From the NCBI GenBank assembly GCA_943787795.1, contig CALSNU010000006.1, positions 128,001-192,000 on the forward strand: a stretch of DNA of 64,000 bases. The letters run 5' to 3'. This document shows, one piece after another, positions 49,771-58,921 of this stretch (its first letter is position 1; each line of letters opens with the position of its first letter). Position numbers and translations under genes: made by a program. Below the pieces are notes generated by a model that was not told the origin of the DNA, did not search any database, and saw nothing but the letters and a program-made list of their open reading frames with translations. The stretch is from an uncultured bacterium. Its GTDB lineage: Bacteria; Planctomycetota; UBA1135; GCA-002686595.

Positions 49771-49804
49771 AAAAAAAATGGGGGCGGGTCCGAGGACCCG
49801 CCCC
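49771..49804 (-). terminator. Strong intrinsic terminator with no coding gene directly upstream
   Basis: GGGGCGGGTC-CTCG-GACCCGCCCC followed by CA and T8 on the minus strand. Confidence 0.85.
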
Positions 49805-49989
49805 ACGGGAGGGTGCGACCGAGAGCAAGAGGGGGATGTCTCGATCGCAGCGACTTGCGTCGCCTTGGAGGCGCAACGTCCAGGCGGAAGATGCCGGCAG
49901 ACCGTCTCGCTACCACCGCACAGTGACGAGGGGTCGGGGGGAGCCAGCGGATCCGTGACTGGGTGCGCCTCACCGCACGCGAGAACAGT
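49771..49989 (-). ncRNA. Candidate structured small RNA or attenuator of unknown family
   Basis: Several stems whose G-U pairs work only on the minus strand, C-rich unpaired segments and its own terminator. Confidence 0.45.
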
Positions 49990-50024
49990 ACCCCCGGGAC
50001 GAGGCGGGCCGGGGCTCCACCGTG

Positions 50025-50054
50025 AAAAAAAGGCCGCACTGTCTCGACTCGGCC
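50025..50054 (-). terminator. Probable pcnB terminator
   Basis: GGCCG..CGGCC stem followed by T7, about 45 nt after the pcnB stop. Confidence 0.6.
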
Positions 50055-50096
50055 CAGAAACGGGGCTGAGGGCCTCTGGGTTGGGGGAAACCCTAT

Positions 50097-51497
50097 CTAG
50101 CGATCCTGCCTTCCACCGCGCCGGCGTCTGCGCCGGCGCCGTTTCCGCGTCTTCTTGCGCTCCTCATCCAGCTGGTCGCCGCCTGCGGCACGGGCACGCT
50201 CTGCGCGGTCGCGCCATGCCTCGACGATATCCAGTCCGACACCGCGGGCCTGCGACCTCAACTGGAAGAGCAGGAAGGCGTCCATGAACTCCTCGGAGCG
50301 CGCGAAGAGGATCTCGGAGAACCGCTCGGGAGGCGCGACGAAGTTCTGCTGTGCCACGAGCGCTTTGCGGGCACGGGTGAAGTCCTTCTTCGGGAGCCGG
50401 GTTCGTTCGGCGATGCTATCCAGCAGCTCCCACGCCGCGTCAAGCCGCGCGCGGTTGTCCAGCGGCTCGGCGTCCTTGGCGCGGCGCGCCAGCTCCATCT
50501 CGTAGGGGAGGAGGAAGAGCAGGGCCACGATCAGCCCCGAAGAGGGCGGCTCGTGATCGCCGCTCTGGACGTGGGCATCGAGCGCCGCCAGCAGGTCCCA
50601 GAAGGGCTCGGCGCGCTCGGGGATATCGTCCTCGGGCCCGAGGTACTGCTCGAGGATGGGCACGAGAACGTCCAGCGCACCGACGTCCCGCAGCATCTGG
50701 AATGCCGCCGTGGCCACCCCAGATCGGGCGAGCCTGAAGATCTCCTCAAGGACACGTGGGGCCGCCGCCTTGTCCAGATCGGGGGCCACGTCACACATGG
50801 CGTCCCAGGTAGGGTCATCGATCTCGAGATCCAGCCGGGTGGCGAACTTGACGGCCCGTAGGATCCGCACCGGATCCTCGGCGAGCCGAACCTCGGGATC
50901 TCCAATCGTCCTCAGGGACCGCTTCTCCAGGTCCGCGAGGCCTCCCACGTGATCGAGGATCTCATGGCTACTGGGGTCCAGAAAGAGGGCGTTGACCGTG
51001 AAGTCACGCCTCTTGGCATCGGACTGAGCCGTCCCGTACTCGTTGTCGTCGACGATGAGCAGGTCATCGTCATCGGTGGGCTGGTCCCCCGGTGCGGCGC
51101 GGAAGGTCGCCGTCTCGATGATGTGATCGCCGTAGAAGATGTGCGCCAACTTGAAGCGGCGCCCGATGATCCGGCAATTTCGAAAGAGGCGGCGGATCTC
51201 CGAGGGGCGCGCGCTGGTCGCGACGTCGAAGTCCTTGGGCCGGCGCCCGATGAGCAGGTCGCGGACGCATCCGCCGACGAAGTAAGCCTCGTGCCCATGG
51301 GCCTGGAGGCGCTGGACCGCCCGCTTGGCGTCGCGGTGGAGCAGACCCGGGTCGATATTGGTCGCAGGGACGCGGAGCGCTCCACTCCCACCGCCCTTCT
51401 TGCGGCGGGGCCGGGCCCGGCCGCGATCGCTGCGGGGGGCACGGTCTCCGTCGCGGGCACGTTCGGCGGGGTCTTCCTTGGACTGACGGGGGCTCAT
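50097..51497 (-). CDS. pcnB: Poly(A) polymerase I
   Basis: VGGCVRDLL..KDFD, RRDFTVNAL and EDPVRILR, plus the PAP-specific IIGRRFKLAHI signature; basic C-terminus. Confidence 0.92.
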   Translation of the reverse strand: MSPRQSKEDPAERARDGDRAPRSDRGRARPRRKKGGGSGALRVPATNIDPGLLHRDAKRAVQRLQAHGHEAYFVGGCVRDLLIGRRPKDFDVATSARPSEIRRLFRNCRIIGRRFKLAHIFYGDHIIETATFRAAPGDQPTDDDDLLIVDDNEYGTAQSDAKRRDFTVNALFLDPSSHEILDHVGGLADLEKRSLRTIGDPEVRLAEDPVRILRAVKFATRLDLEIDDPTWDAMCDVAPDLDKAAAPRVLEEIFRLARSGVATAAFQMLRDVGALDVLVPILEQYLGPEDDIPERAEPFWDLLAALDAHVQSGDHEPPSSGLIVALLFLLPYEMELARRAKDAEPLDNRARLDAAWELLDSIAERTRLPKKDFTRARKALVAQQNFVAPPERFSEILFARSEEFMDAFLLFQLRSQARGVGLDIVEAWRDRAERARAAGGDQLDEERKKTRKRRRRRRRRGGRQDR

Positions 51498-51567
51498 TGG
51501 CGAGAGATCTTAGTCATGAACGGGCTCGCGTGCATGAAGTCCGGGGATCGGATGCCCCGAGTGGCGG

Positions 51568-51596
51568 TTGCCCGAGGCAGTTCTCGGGGCTAAGGT
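51568..51596 (+). promoter_or_regulatory. Sigma70-type promoter of tRNA-Trp
   Basis: TTGCCC-N17-TAAGGT. Confidence 0.55.
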
Positions 51597-51608
51597 TCAG
51601 CCGCGCGG

Positions 51609-51685
51609 AGGGCAGTAGCTCCAATCGGTAGAGCGACTGATTCCAAATCAGTAGGTTCGGGGTTCGAATCCCTGCTGCCCTGCCA
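51609..51685 (+). tRNA. tRNA-Trp (CCA)
   Basis: 77-nt cloverleaf; anticodon arm ACTGA-TTCCAAA-TCAGT; encoded CCA end. Confidence 0.96.
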
Positions 51686-51801
51686 CCCCTCTCCTCGCCT
51701 CCAGCGGAGGCGCCCAGCTCACTGGCCAGGGGGCTGATCGGCCCCCCCCGGCGTCGTGCGCGACGGTCTCCCCCGCGCTCACCTCGTACCTTCCCGGATC
51801 G

Positions 51802-52770
51802 ATGCACGACAGCCTTCCCGCACCCGGCGCCCCCGGGGACCCCGGAGACGAGGAGGGCGACTTTGCCCCCCTTGACGAGTCACTGATACCTGATGACCTC
51901 CCGGGGGGTCCTCTGGATCTCGAGGATGACGACCTGGATGAGGACCTCGGGGAAGAGGAGGGCGAAGACGACGGTGAGGAGACGGCGGAGGGAGCCGAGT
52001 CCGGCGACGGAGATGGCGCCCCGGAGGCGAAGCCGAAAGCTCGATCAAAGAAGCGCAAGGGCTCCGATGAGGATGAGGAGGTCGAGCACCCCGACACGCC
52101 GATCCCCTCCGAGTCCAAGATGCGCAAGGCCCTCGACAAGGCGTTTGCGGGCCAGGATGACATCAACGAGCGCATGCTCGATCTGATGACCAAGCACGCT
52201 CGGCTCCTCCTCGAGACCAACCGGACCATGAACGTCACGGCGATCCTGGACCCCACCGAGATCGCGGTGAAGCACTACCTGGACTCCTGGCGTGTGACCC
52301 GGATGATCCCGCTGGTGGCGCGTACGGTTCTGGACCTGGGCTCGGGTGGGGGCTTCCCGGGGATCCCCGTGGCCATCGCCGAGCCGGATTGCTCGATGAT
52401 CCTCTGCGAGTCCATCGGCAAGAAGGCGCGCTTCCTCGAGGAGACGGTGAAGACCCTGGGGCTCAAGAATGTCCGCGTCGTGCATGCCCGGGCCGAGGAC
52501 TACCTCGCGACGAATCGAGTCGACCTCGTCCTGATCCGCGCCGTGTCCTCGGTCCGCGAGAACGTGCGGGTCCTCCGCAAGGTTCGGCACTCCGTCAAGG
52601 ACGTGGTGATGCTCAAGGGCAACTCCTGGGGCCGGGAGGTCCGCGCCGCCGAGCGTGAGGCGGAGCGCCTCGGGTTCAAGCTCGACACCGTCCTGGAGCA
52701 CGAGCTCCCCGATGAGATGGGCAAGCGGGCCATGGTTGTCTATCGGGCCCCCGGCGGCGACGGCCTCTGA
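51802..52770 (+). CDS. rsmG: 16S rRNA m7G527 methyltransferase with an acidic N-terminal extension
   Basis: N..MNVTAI, HYLDS, LDLGSGGGFPGIP, ESIGKKARFL, RAE and RAV motifs. Confidence 0.92.
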   Translation: MHDSLPAPGAPGDPGDEEGDFAPLDESLIPDDLPGGPLDLEDDDLDEDLGEEEGEDDGEETAEGAESGDGDGAPEAKPKARSKKRKGSDEDEEVEHPDTPIPSESKMRKALDKAFAGQDDINERMLDLMTKHARLLLETNRTMNVTAILDPTEIAVKHYLDSWRVTRMIPLVARTVLDLGSGGGFPGIPVAIAEPDCSMILCESIGKKARFLEETVKTLGLKNVRVVHARAEDYLATNRVDLVLIRAVSSVRENVRVLRKVRHSVKDVVMLKGNSWGREVRAAEREAERLGFKLDTVLEHELPDEMGKRAMVVYRAPGGDGL

Positions 52771-52873
52771 GCCGCCGCTCCGCGTGAGCTCTGCGGCGAC
52801 GGCCTCTGAGCCGCCGCTCGCGTGAGCTCTGCGGCGACGGCCTCTGAGCCGCCGCTCCGCGTGAGCTCTGCGG
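52754..52873. repeat. 39-bp tandem triplication of the rsmG 3' end
   Basis: GCGGCGACGGCCTCTGAGCCGCCGCTCCGCGTGAGCTCT at 52754, 52793 (one base shorter) and 52831; no spacers. Confidence 0.92.
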
Positions 52874-52960
52874 GGAGGGCCCTGTGCGCCTCCAGCGGTG
52901 TGGGGGGGACGCGGCGACCCCGTCACTTGAGGCTGAGGGCAGGTTGACTCTGAGTGGGGG

Positions 52961-52989
52961 TTGACTCCGAGCCGGGCCGCTTCTAACGT
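52961..52989 (+). promoter_or_regulatory. Sigma70-type promoter of tRNA-Leu
   Basis: TTGACT-N17-TAACGT. Confidence 0.65.
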
Positions 52990-53003
52990 CTCGGCCTCCA
53001 CCC

Positions 53004-53090
53004 GCCCGGGTGGCGGAATTGGTAGACGCGCATGGTTCAGGTCCATGTGCCCGCAAGGGCGTGGGGGTTCGACTCCCCCCCCGGGCACCA
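53004..53090 (+). tRNA. tRNA-Leu (CAG)
   Basis: 87-nt cloverleaf with a long variable arm (GCCCGCAAGGGC), anticodon CAG and encoded CCA. Confidence 0.96.
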
Positions 53091-53314
53091 GCCTCCGCTT
53101 GACACTCTCAAGCGGGGGCTGGTTTTCTTGGTGGAGGAACCCCTCAGCGTCTTGAACCGGGCGCGACTCCGCCAGGCCCGTCAGCCCTGGGCTCCAGGGG
53201 CCCTGACGGGGGAACGGACGAGGGGCCCTGACGAGGGGAACGGAGAGGCCCGCCTCCACGCGGTGCTCCTGCAAGGTTCGGGGGCAGCCCCGGCCGGCCA
53301 TCGTGGGAGATGGT

Positions 53315-54727
53315 TCAGTCAGCGGTCACGGAGATGCCATCGCCGAGGCCCCAGCAGATCTGACTCGACCCCCCAAGCCTCTCAAGCCGCTGAGACATCT
53401 CGAGCCCACGGGAGAGGATCTCGAACGCGTTACCGCTGATCATCACCTCCTGGACGGCGTGTCGTACCTCGCCGCCCTCCACCCATCTGGCGGACTTCGC
53501 CGTCCCGCTGAAGTCACCTGAGGCGGCGTCCACCGAGCCGGAGAAGCGCTGGATGTAGAGGCCCCTGCCGAGCGCGCCGATCAGCGCCGCCTCATCGGCG
53601 GCGGCCTCGGCGGAGCTGGGCCCGATGACGAGCGCGTGGAATCCGAGCCCGGGGACTCCGCGAGCGCCACCCTGGGCGTGCCCCGTGGACACCGCTCCGT
53701 CCACCGCGGCAGAGTAGCCGTTGTGGATGAACCCTCGCAGGACCCCGTCCTCGAGGAGCTCGAAGCGGGTGGCCGCGAGCCCCTCCCGGTCGAAGGCTCG
53801 CGCGCCCATGGAGCGCCGATCGGTCGGGTCATCGACGATGTTCAGTCCGGGCGCGACCTCGTCGCCGAGCCGGTCAGCGAGCGCGCTCCTGCCCCGCTGG
53901 ACCGCGATGGCCGATGCGCTCCCCAGCAGGGGCTGAAGGATCGCGCTCTGCAGGGCGCCGGGGGCGAAGAGGACCGGGCCCTGGTAGGTCTGGCCGGCCC
54001 GCGCGCCGAGGTTCCCGATACAGCTGACGGCGACCTCACCGGCGATCCGATCCAGCTCCCCGGGCAAGTCGGCCTTGTCGCGGACCGCGACGCCGCGGTA
54101 GTCAAAGCCGCCAGTCTCCTCTCCGTCCACCGCGAGGGCCATCAGGCTCAGGCTGAGGGCCGCGTCGAAGTCGAACTGGTGAACACCCCTTGTGCTCACG
54201 AGCAGGGTGCCGCCCGAGACCGCCGAGAAGGACGCCTGGTCCACGGAGAGCCTGGGGTCGCGGCCGAGCGCTGCGTCGGCCAGTCCCTGGGCACCCTCGA
54301 CCACCTCGCGCACGCCGATGGCGGCGAGCGCCGGGTCCACACGCGGTCCCATGAGGGCGTCGGTGTCCACGGGGGTCGGCTCCGAGAGCACGTTGGCCTC
54401 ATCCGGCGGGCTCAGGCGCGCGATGGTCACGGCCTCGGCTGCCATCGCCTGCAGGGCCGCATCCGACGCCTGGTTGGTGGACGCAAAGCCGAGCCGGCCC
54501 TCGAGCATCACACGCAGCCCGCAGGTCGCCCCCTCGTCGGACTGGACCTGCCCGAGGTCGCCCTTCTCCACCTTGGCAGAGAGGCTGCGTCCGGACCGCG
54601 CGCAGACCTCGACCTCCTCTGCGCCCGCGGCGCGGGCGGCCTCGATCAGGAGCTCGGCGCGACGCTCCAGCTCCGCCTGCTGCGCGGTCGCGTCGGTGGT
54701 TTCGGTCCCGTTGAGTGTGGTGCCCAT
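53315..54727 (-). CDS. pmbA: TldE/PmbA family protein
   Basis: GRLGFAST, FDREG, STGHA and SGDFS motifs; no HExxxH; coupled to tldD. Confidence 0.88.
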   Translation of the reverse strand: MGTTLNGTETTDATAQQAELERRAELLIEAARAAGAEEVEVCARSGRSLSAKVEKGDLGQVQSDEGATCGLRVMLEGRLGFASTNQASDAALQAMAAEAVTIARLSPPDEANVLSEPTPVDTDALMGPRVDPALAAIGVREVVEGAQGLADAALGRDPRLSVDQASFSAVSGGTLLVSTRGVHQFDFDAALSLSLMALAVDGEETGGFDYRGVAVRDKADLPGELDRIAGEVAVSCIGNLGARAGQTYQGPVLFAPGALQSAILQPLLGSASAIAVQRGRSALADRLGDEVAPGLNIVDDPTDRRSMGARAFDREGLAATRFELLEDGVLRGFIHNGYSAAVDGAVSTGHAQGGARGVPGLGFHALVIGPSSAEAAADEAALIGALGRGLYIQRFSGSVDAASGDFSGTAKSARWVEGGEVRHAVQEVMISGNAFEILSRGLEMSQRLERLGGSSQICWGLGDGISVTAD

Positions 54728-56136
54728 CAGCCTCGCCCCCCGACCAGGATCTCACACGAGAGCCACGGGCCGCCCGCGTCGACCTTGGCGGGTTGACCCT
54801 TGCCGCAGTAGCCAGAGCCGAGGTCCCACCGGAAGTCCCGGCTCACGCCGTCGACGGTCGCCAGGACTTCAAAGGCCATCCCTGACAGGTTGACTCCGCG
54901 CTGGAGCTCGCCTCGCTTCCCGTTCTTGATGGGCCACGCCTGGAGGGTCCCGAACATGAACTCGCCGTTGGCATCCGCCTGGCCGTTCCTGGGCCCGTCC
55001 ACCATGAGGCCGTCCTCGATCCCATCGATGAGCTCATCCAGCTCGGTCTCGCCGGGGGCGATGTAGGTGTTGCGCATGCGAATGAGCGGTTCGTCGTCAT
55101 ACTCCCAGGCTCGCGCGTTGCCGGTGGGCGCGACGCCGTACCGATGGGCCGTCTGGCGATCGTGCAGGTAGCTCTTGAGGACCCCGTCCTCGATCACCGT
55201 GACCGAGCCCGCGTGGACCCCTTCGTCGTCCACGTCGAGGGTGCCCCCCGCGCCTGCGGCGTATTCGCTGACCCCGCTGTCCTTCAGGGTGACGAGCTCG
55301 GAGGCGACGGACGTTCCGATCCGGTCTCTCGCGCAGCTGCCGGCCTCGACGAAGTCGGCCTCGACCGTATGCCCGACCGCCTCGTGGGTGAGCAGGCCGA
55401 CGATCGACGGAGAGAGCAGCACCTTGCGGCGGCCGCCCTCGGGGTAACCGGCGCCGAGCAGGTCCACGGCCATGTGCGCCGCGCTGTCTCCGAGCTCGTC
55501 GGCGGAGGCACCTCGGAAGAGGCAGTCCCAGGCACCGGTCACGCCCACGCTGCGCGCGCCGCGCTGCAGCTCACCGTCAGCCTCGGCGACGGTCATGACC
55601 CGTAGTTCGGGGCGCGCCACCCGCGTCCACGCGCTCGCGCCGTCGCTGGTGACGATGCCCTTCTCCTCGAAGGACTCGGTGTAACCGCTGGAGGCGCTGA
55701 CGATGCGCGGGCTCTGGCCGCGGGCCCGCTCCTCGAGCCCGAGCACCAGCTGGATCCGCTCGTCCACCGACGCCGCCAGGAGCTCCTCGTACCCGGGCGC
55801 GTCGAAGCGCCCAACCGCGAGGTCCGCCGCTGGGGGTGGCGAGATGCGCTCCTTGCGCGCGCTCGCAGAGGCCTGCGCCGCGGCCCGGGCGGTCTCGATC
55901 GCAGCGCGCACCGCCGACACCTCGAGCCGGTCGGTGGAGGCGAAGCCATAGGTGCCCGACGAGAGCACCCGGACGCCGACGCCCGTGTGCTCGCTGAGCT
56001 TGGCCTGGTCGACGCGCCCCTTTTCGACCGCGACGCTGCGGGTGCGCTTGGCGTGGTAGCGGAGCTCGACGTGGTCATCGGCGCCGTCGAGGCGCAGGGC
56101 CTCGGCGAGGATCGGTCTGGGGTCCTGGCTGGTCAT
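54727..56136 (-). CDS. tldD: TldD metalloprotease
   Basis: HEAVGH.VEAD, DDEG, TGNAR, RMRNT and CGKGQ motifs. Confidence 0.92.
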   Translation of the reverse strand: MTSQDPRPILAEALRLDGADDHVELRYHAKRTRSVAVEKGRVDQAKLSEHTGVGVRVLSSGTYGFASTDRLEVSAVRAAIETARAAAQASASARKERISPPPAADLAVGRFDAPGYEELLAASVDERIQLVLGLEERARGQSPRIVSASSGYTESFEEKGIVTSDGASAWTRVARPELRVMTVAEADGELQRGARSVGVTGAWDCLFRGASADELGDSAAHMAVDLLGAGYPEGGRRKVLLSPSIVGLLTHEAVGHTVEADFVEAGSCARDRIGTSVASELVTLKDSGVSEYAAGAGGTLDVDDEGVHAGSVTVIEDGVLKSYLHDRQTAHRYGVAPTGNARAWEYDDEPLIRMRNTYIAPGETELDELIDGIEDGLMVDGPRNGQADANGEFMFGTLQAWPIKNGKRGELQRGVNLSGMAFEVLATVDGVSRDFRWDLGSGYCGKGQPAKVDAGGPWLSCEILVGGRG

Positions 56137-56196
56137 GGGTGGAGGGTAGTGCATCTGGACGCCCGCTCCGAGGGCGCTGCACGTAGACTCCGTGCC

Positions 56197-56679
56197 ATGG
56201 CGGCCGATTCCAGACCCCGCGAGCGGCGCTCCATCGCCCGTAACAAGCGCGCGACCCACGAGTACCTCATCCTGGACGAGCTGGAGGTCGGGATCGTGCT
56301 CAGGGGGACGGAGGTCAAGAGCCTGCGGGCCGGCCGCGTCTCCCTGCAGGAGGCGTTCTGCTTCATCAAGGACGGGGAGCTGCGGATCATGCAGATGCAC
56401 ATCCCCGAGTACGCCCAGGGCAACATCCACAACCACGCCCCCGTCCGCGACCGGGTGCTGCTCGCCAAGAAGCGCGAGGTGGCGAAGTGGAACAAGACCG
56501 TCCGGGAGAAGGGCACCACGCTCATCCCGATGGAGATCTTCTGGGACGGCTCGCTGGTCAAGCTGCGGGTCGGTCTCGCCAGGGGCAAGAAGCTCCACGA
56601 CAAGCGCCAGAGCAAGCGCGAGAAGGATGACCGCCGCGACATGGACCGCGCGATGAAGTCGGCCCGGCGCCCCGACTAG
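56197..56679 (+). CDS. smpB: SsrA-binding protein
   Basis: NKRATHEY, GTEVKSLR and GKKLHDKR motifs. Confidence 0.97.
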   Translation: MAADSRPRERRSIARNKRATHEYLILDELEVGIVLRGTEVKSLRAGRVSLQEAFCFIKDGELRIMQMHIPEYAQGNIHNHAPVRDRVLLAKKREVAKWNKTVREKGTTLIPMEIFWDGSLVKLRVGLARGKKLHDKRQSKREKDDRRDMDRAMKSARRPD

Positions 56680-56735
56680 GGCGCGGCCTCCCGACATGGG
56701 CGCGGCCTCCCGACATGGGCCCGGCCTCCCAACAG
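56660..56735. repeat. 19-bp tandem repeat (GGGCGCGGCCTCCCGACAT), about 4 units starting in the smpB 3' end
   Basis: Two perfect copies at 56679-56716 flanked by degenerate copies. Confidence 0.8.
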
Positions 56736-56746
56736 GGGCCTGGCAC

Positions 56747-58429
56747 CTACCGGTAGGGCGCGGACCGCTCGAGGCCGAGGGCCGTCCGGTAGCTCGGGAG
56801 TCGATCCAGGGCCCGCCGAACGCGGATGGCCCGGTCGAAGTCGAGGTCGCCCAGGTCCCTCCTCACGAAGGCCACGCGGAAGGGGAGGAGGTCGTCGCGG
56901 CGCTCGTAGCCCTCGGCGACGCGTCCGTCCGCCTCAAGCGCGGCGAGGAAGCGCCGCGCCACAGGCGCCATACCCTGCGGACGGGTCGGGAGGAGGATGA
57001 GGGCCGGCTGACCGGCATACATCTCATCCAGCATGGCCGCCCTCGCCGCGGGGCGGCCAGGATCCCCTTCTGGCACGTTCAGGAAGCTCGCGGCGGAGGG
57101 CGTCACGAGGCCGCGAATGTCCCACACGGGGTTCCCGGAGAGCGCGCCGATGAAGCCGATGTCAGGGCACGCGATGGTCTCTCCCTCCGGGGTCAGCTCG
57201 AGCACAGCCCAGGCGTCCAGCTCCTGCCGGCCCGGCTCCCAGGGCGCTTGCACCCGGGCGGGGACCTCCAGCATCCAGGCGCCCCGGGGCTCCACGGCCA
57301 GGGCGATGTTGTGCGACCGGTCGTAGCCCACCGTGGCCTGATTCCACGCCGACCCGCCCAGGAGCAAGAGCACGACGGCGGGGGCTGCCCACCGGGCGCG
57401 GGCCCGCGTGGCCGCGGCCATCCACCCGAAGCCCGCCGCCGCGCCCACGGCGAGGAAGGGCAGCGGCGGCACCATGAAGCGATACCGGGGCATCCAATCG
57501 GTGAACGCGTAGGCCACGAAGAACAGGCCGGAGAAGCCCATGCACCAGGCCACAGCGGGGACCCTGCGCCGCCCAGCCAGCGCGCACGCCGCCGCGGTCA
57601 CCCAGAGGGCGGCGAAGGCCCAGCCCTGGTGGAAGAGGAACCGGTAGAGCAAGAAGCGCGCGCCTCGCCCCGCGGCCAGCGCCTCCAGCAGCGGTGGCCC
57701 GCCGCCCACCTTGGCGGCGTGAGTGGCCGGGAGGAGGCCCCCGTAGGTCCACCAGCCGACGACCTCGAAGGCCCCGACGCCGAGCATCGCGGCGCCCACC
57801 CAGGTGAGGTCCCGCCTGCCGAGGGGCTCTGAGCGGAGCGCCATGGCGCGGCGAACGACCACGTAGAGGGCATAGGCGGGAGCCTCGGGGCGGCTCATCC
57901 AGACGAGGAGGAAGAGCCCTGCGGAGAGCGGCCGGGCCTGGGCGTCGCCGCGCTCCACCTCGAAGCGCCAGGCCATCAGCACGAGGAGCAGGGTGAAGCT
58001 CGCGGTCTCCAGCCCGGCGACCGCCCAGAGGGCCATCGACGCGTTGGTGGCGACGATGGCGGCGGCCACCAGACTCGGCCCGCCCCCGAGCCCCACGCGC
58101 CGTGAGAGGCCGTAGGTGGCAGGCACGCAGAGCAGCGCCGCGAGCAAACCGCCGAGCTTCAGCCCCAGCACCGGCGGGAGGCCCAGGGCCAGGAGCCCTG
58201 CCCCATAGAGCGTCCACAGCGGGTTGGAGAACCCCTCCACGGCCTCCCCGGGGTTCCATGCCAGGACCCCGCTCCCGACGAGGTTCTGGCCATACCGGAG
58301 CGAGATGAACGCGTCATCCACCGTGTAGGGCCAAAACGAGAGCGCGCTCGCGAGCAGGAACGCCGTCAGCGCGACCAGGGCCGCCCAGGACCCGGGGGTG
58401 GGGCGCTCCAGGGTCGCTTCGCTGTCCAT
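56747..58429 (-). CDS. GT-C-type polytopic membrane glycosyltransferase (AftB-like)
   Basis: DDAFISLRY..NPGEAVEGFSNPLW, GLET, RPE, RFMVP and DIRGL motifs; about 11 TM helices. Confidence 0.8.
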   Translation of the reverse strand: MDSEATLERPTPGSWAALVALTAFLLASALSFWPYTVDDAFISLRYGQNLVGSGVLAWNPGEAVEGFSNPLWTLYGAGLLALGLPPVLGLKLGGLLAALLCVPATYGLSRRVGLGGGPSLVAAAIVATNASMALWAVAGLETASFTLLLVLMAWRFEVERGDAQARPLSAGLFLLVWMSRPEAPAYALYVVVRRAMALRSEPLGRRDLTWVGAAMLGVGAFEVVGWWTYGGLLPATHAAKVGGGPPLLEALAAGRGARFLLYRFLFHQGWAFAALWVTAAACALAGRRRVPAVAWCMGFSGLFFVAYAFTDWMPRYRFMVPPLPFLAVGAAAGFGWMAAATRARARWAAPAVVLLLLGGSAWNQATVGYDRSHNIALAVEPRGAWMLEVPARVQAPWEPGRQELDAWAVLELTPEGETIACPDIGFIGALSGNPVWDIRGLVTPSAASFLNVPEGDPGRPAARAAMLDEMYAGQPALILLPTRPQGMAPVARRFLAALEADGRVAEGYERRDDLLPFRVAFVRRDLGDLDFDRAIRVRRALDRLPSYRTALGLERSAPYR

Positions 58430-58518
58430 GGGGGACAGGATAGGAGGATCACGCGTTGTGACCGAGCACGCTCCGGCCTATCCTTTATGCGACGCCCGGC
58501 GGGGCGTCATCAATGGAT

Positions 58519-58875
58519 GGGGGCGCACTGGTTTCGACCGGTTTCCGTCGCTACCAGGTTGCGTGCCGGGGATCCCAGGTCACCCCGCTAATCATCCCGG
58601 GAACGGCATCTTACTTGCCGACAACAACTACGCACTGGCAGCCTGAGAGTTGCCCGTCTTCGCCTGGAGTGCCCGTGGCCGGGCGAAGACGCCATTAGCG
58701 GGCTGGTCGCAACGCTGCGCCTCGGGGCCGCGCGACGAGACTTTACCGAGGCTGGCTCAGAAGCAATGTGTCCGCGGGCGGCTGCTGAGTGAGATCTATG
58801 CCGGTGGACTATGCACGTAGACGCCGGGTTGGTTGCGATTCCGGGACGGGGGTTCGACTCCCCCCGCCTCCACCA
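58519..58875 (+). ncRNA. ssrA: tmRNA; tag peptide (A)ADNNYALAA encoded at 58617-58646
   Basis: GGGGGCG/CGCCTCC-ACCA acceptor stem with G3-U wobble, GGTTTCGAC, T-arm GGTTCGACTCC and a tag ORF ending ALAA-stop. Confidence 0.97.
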
Positions 58876-58885
58876 TCCCCACAAC

Positions 58886-58921
58886 GCGGAACGCGCTCCA
58901 CACCCGTGGGGCGCGTTCCGC
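58886..58921 (+). terminator. Long hairpin after ssrA (terminator or processing stem)
   Basis: GCGGAACGCGCTCCAC-ACCC-GTGGGGCGCGTTCCGC; weak U-tract. Confidence 0.6.

Noticed and set aside
52754..52873. Possible CRISPR array (39-bp hairpin-containing repeats)
   Set aside because: Units are head-to-tail with no unique spacers, derive from the rsmG 3' end, and no cas genes are in the window
53315..56136. tldD/pmbA as part of a RiPP biosynthetic cluster
   Set aside because: No precursor peptide, YcaO or other modifying enzyme is adjacent; it looks like the ordinary housekeeping pair
56137..56697. N-terminal extension of tldD in the ORF track
   Set aside because: It overlaps smpB on the opposite strand; a start at 56136 with its own -10 box fits better
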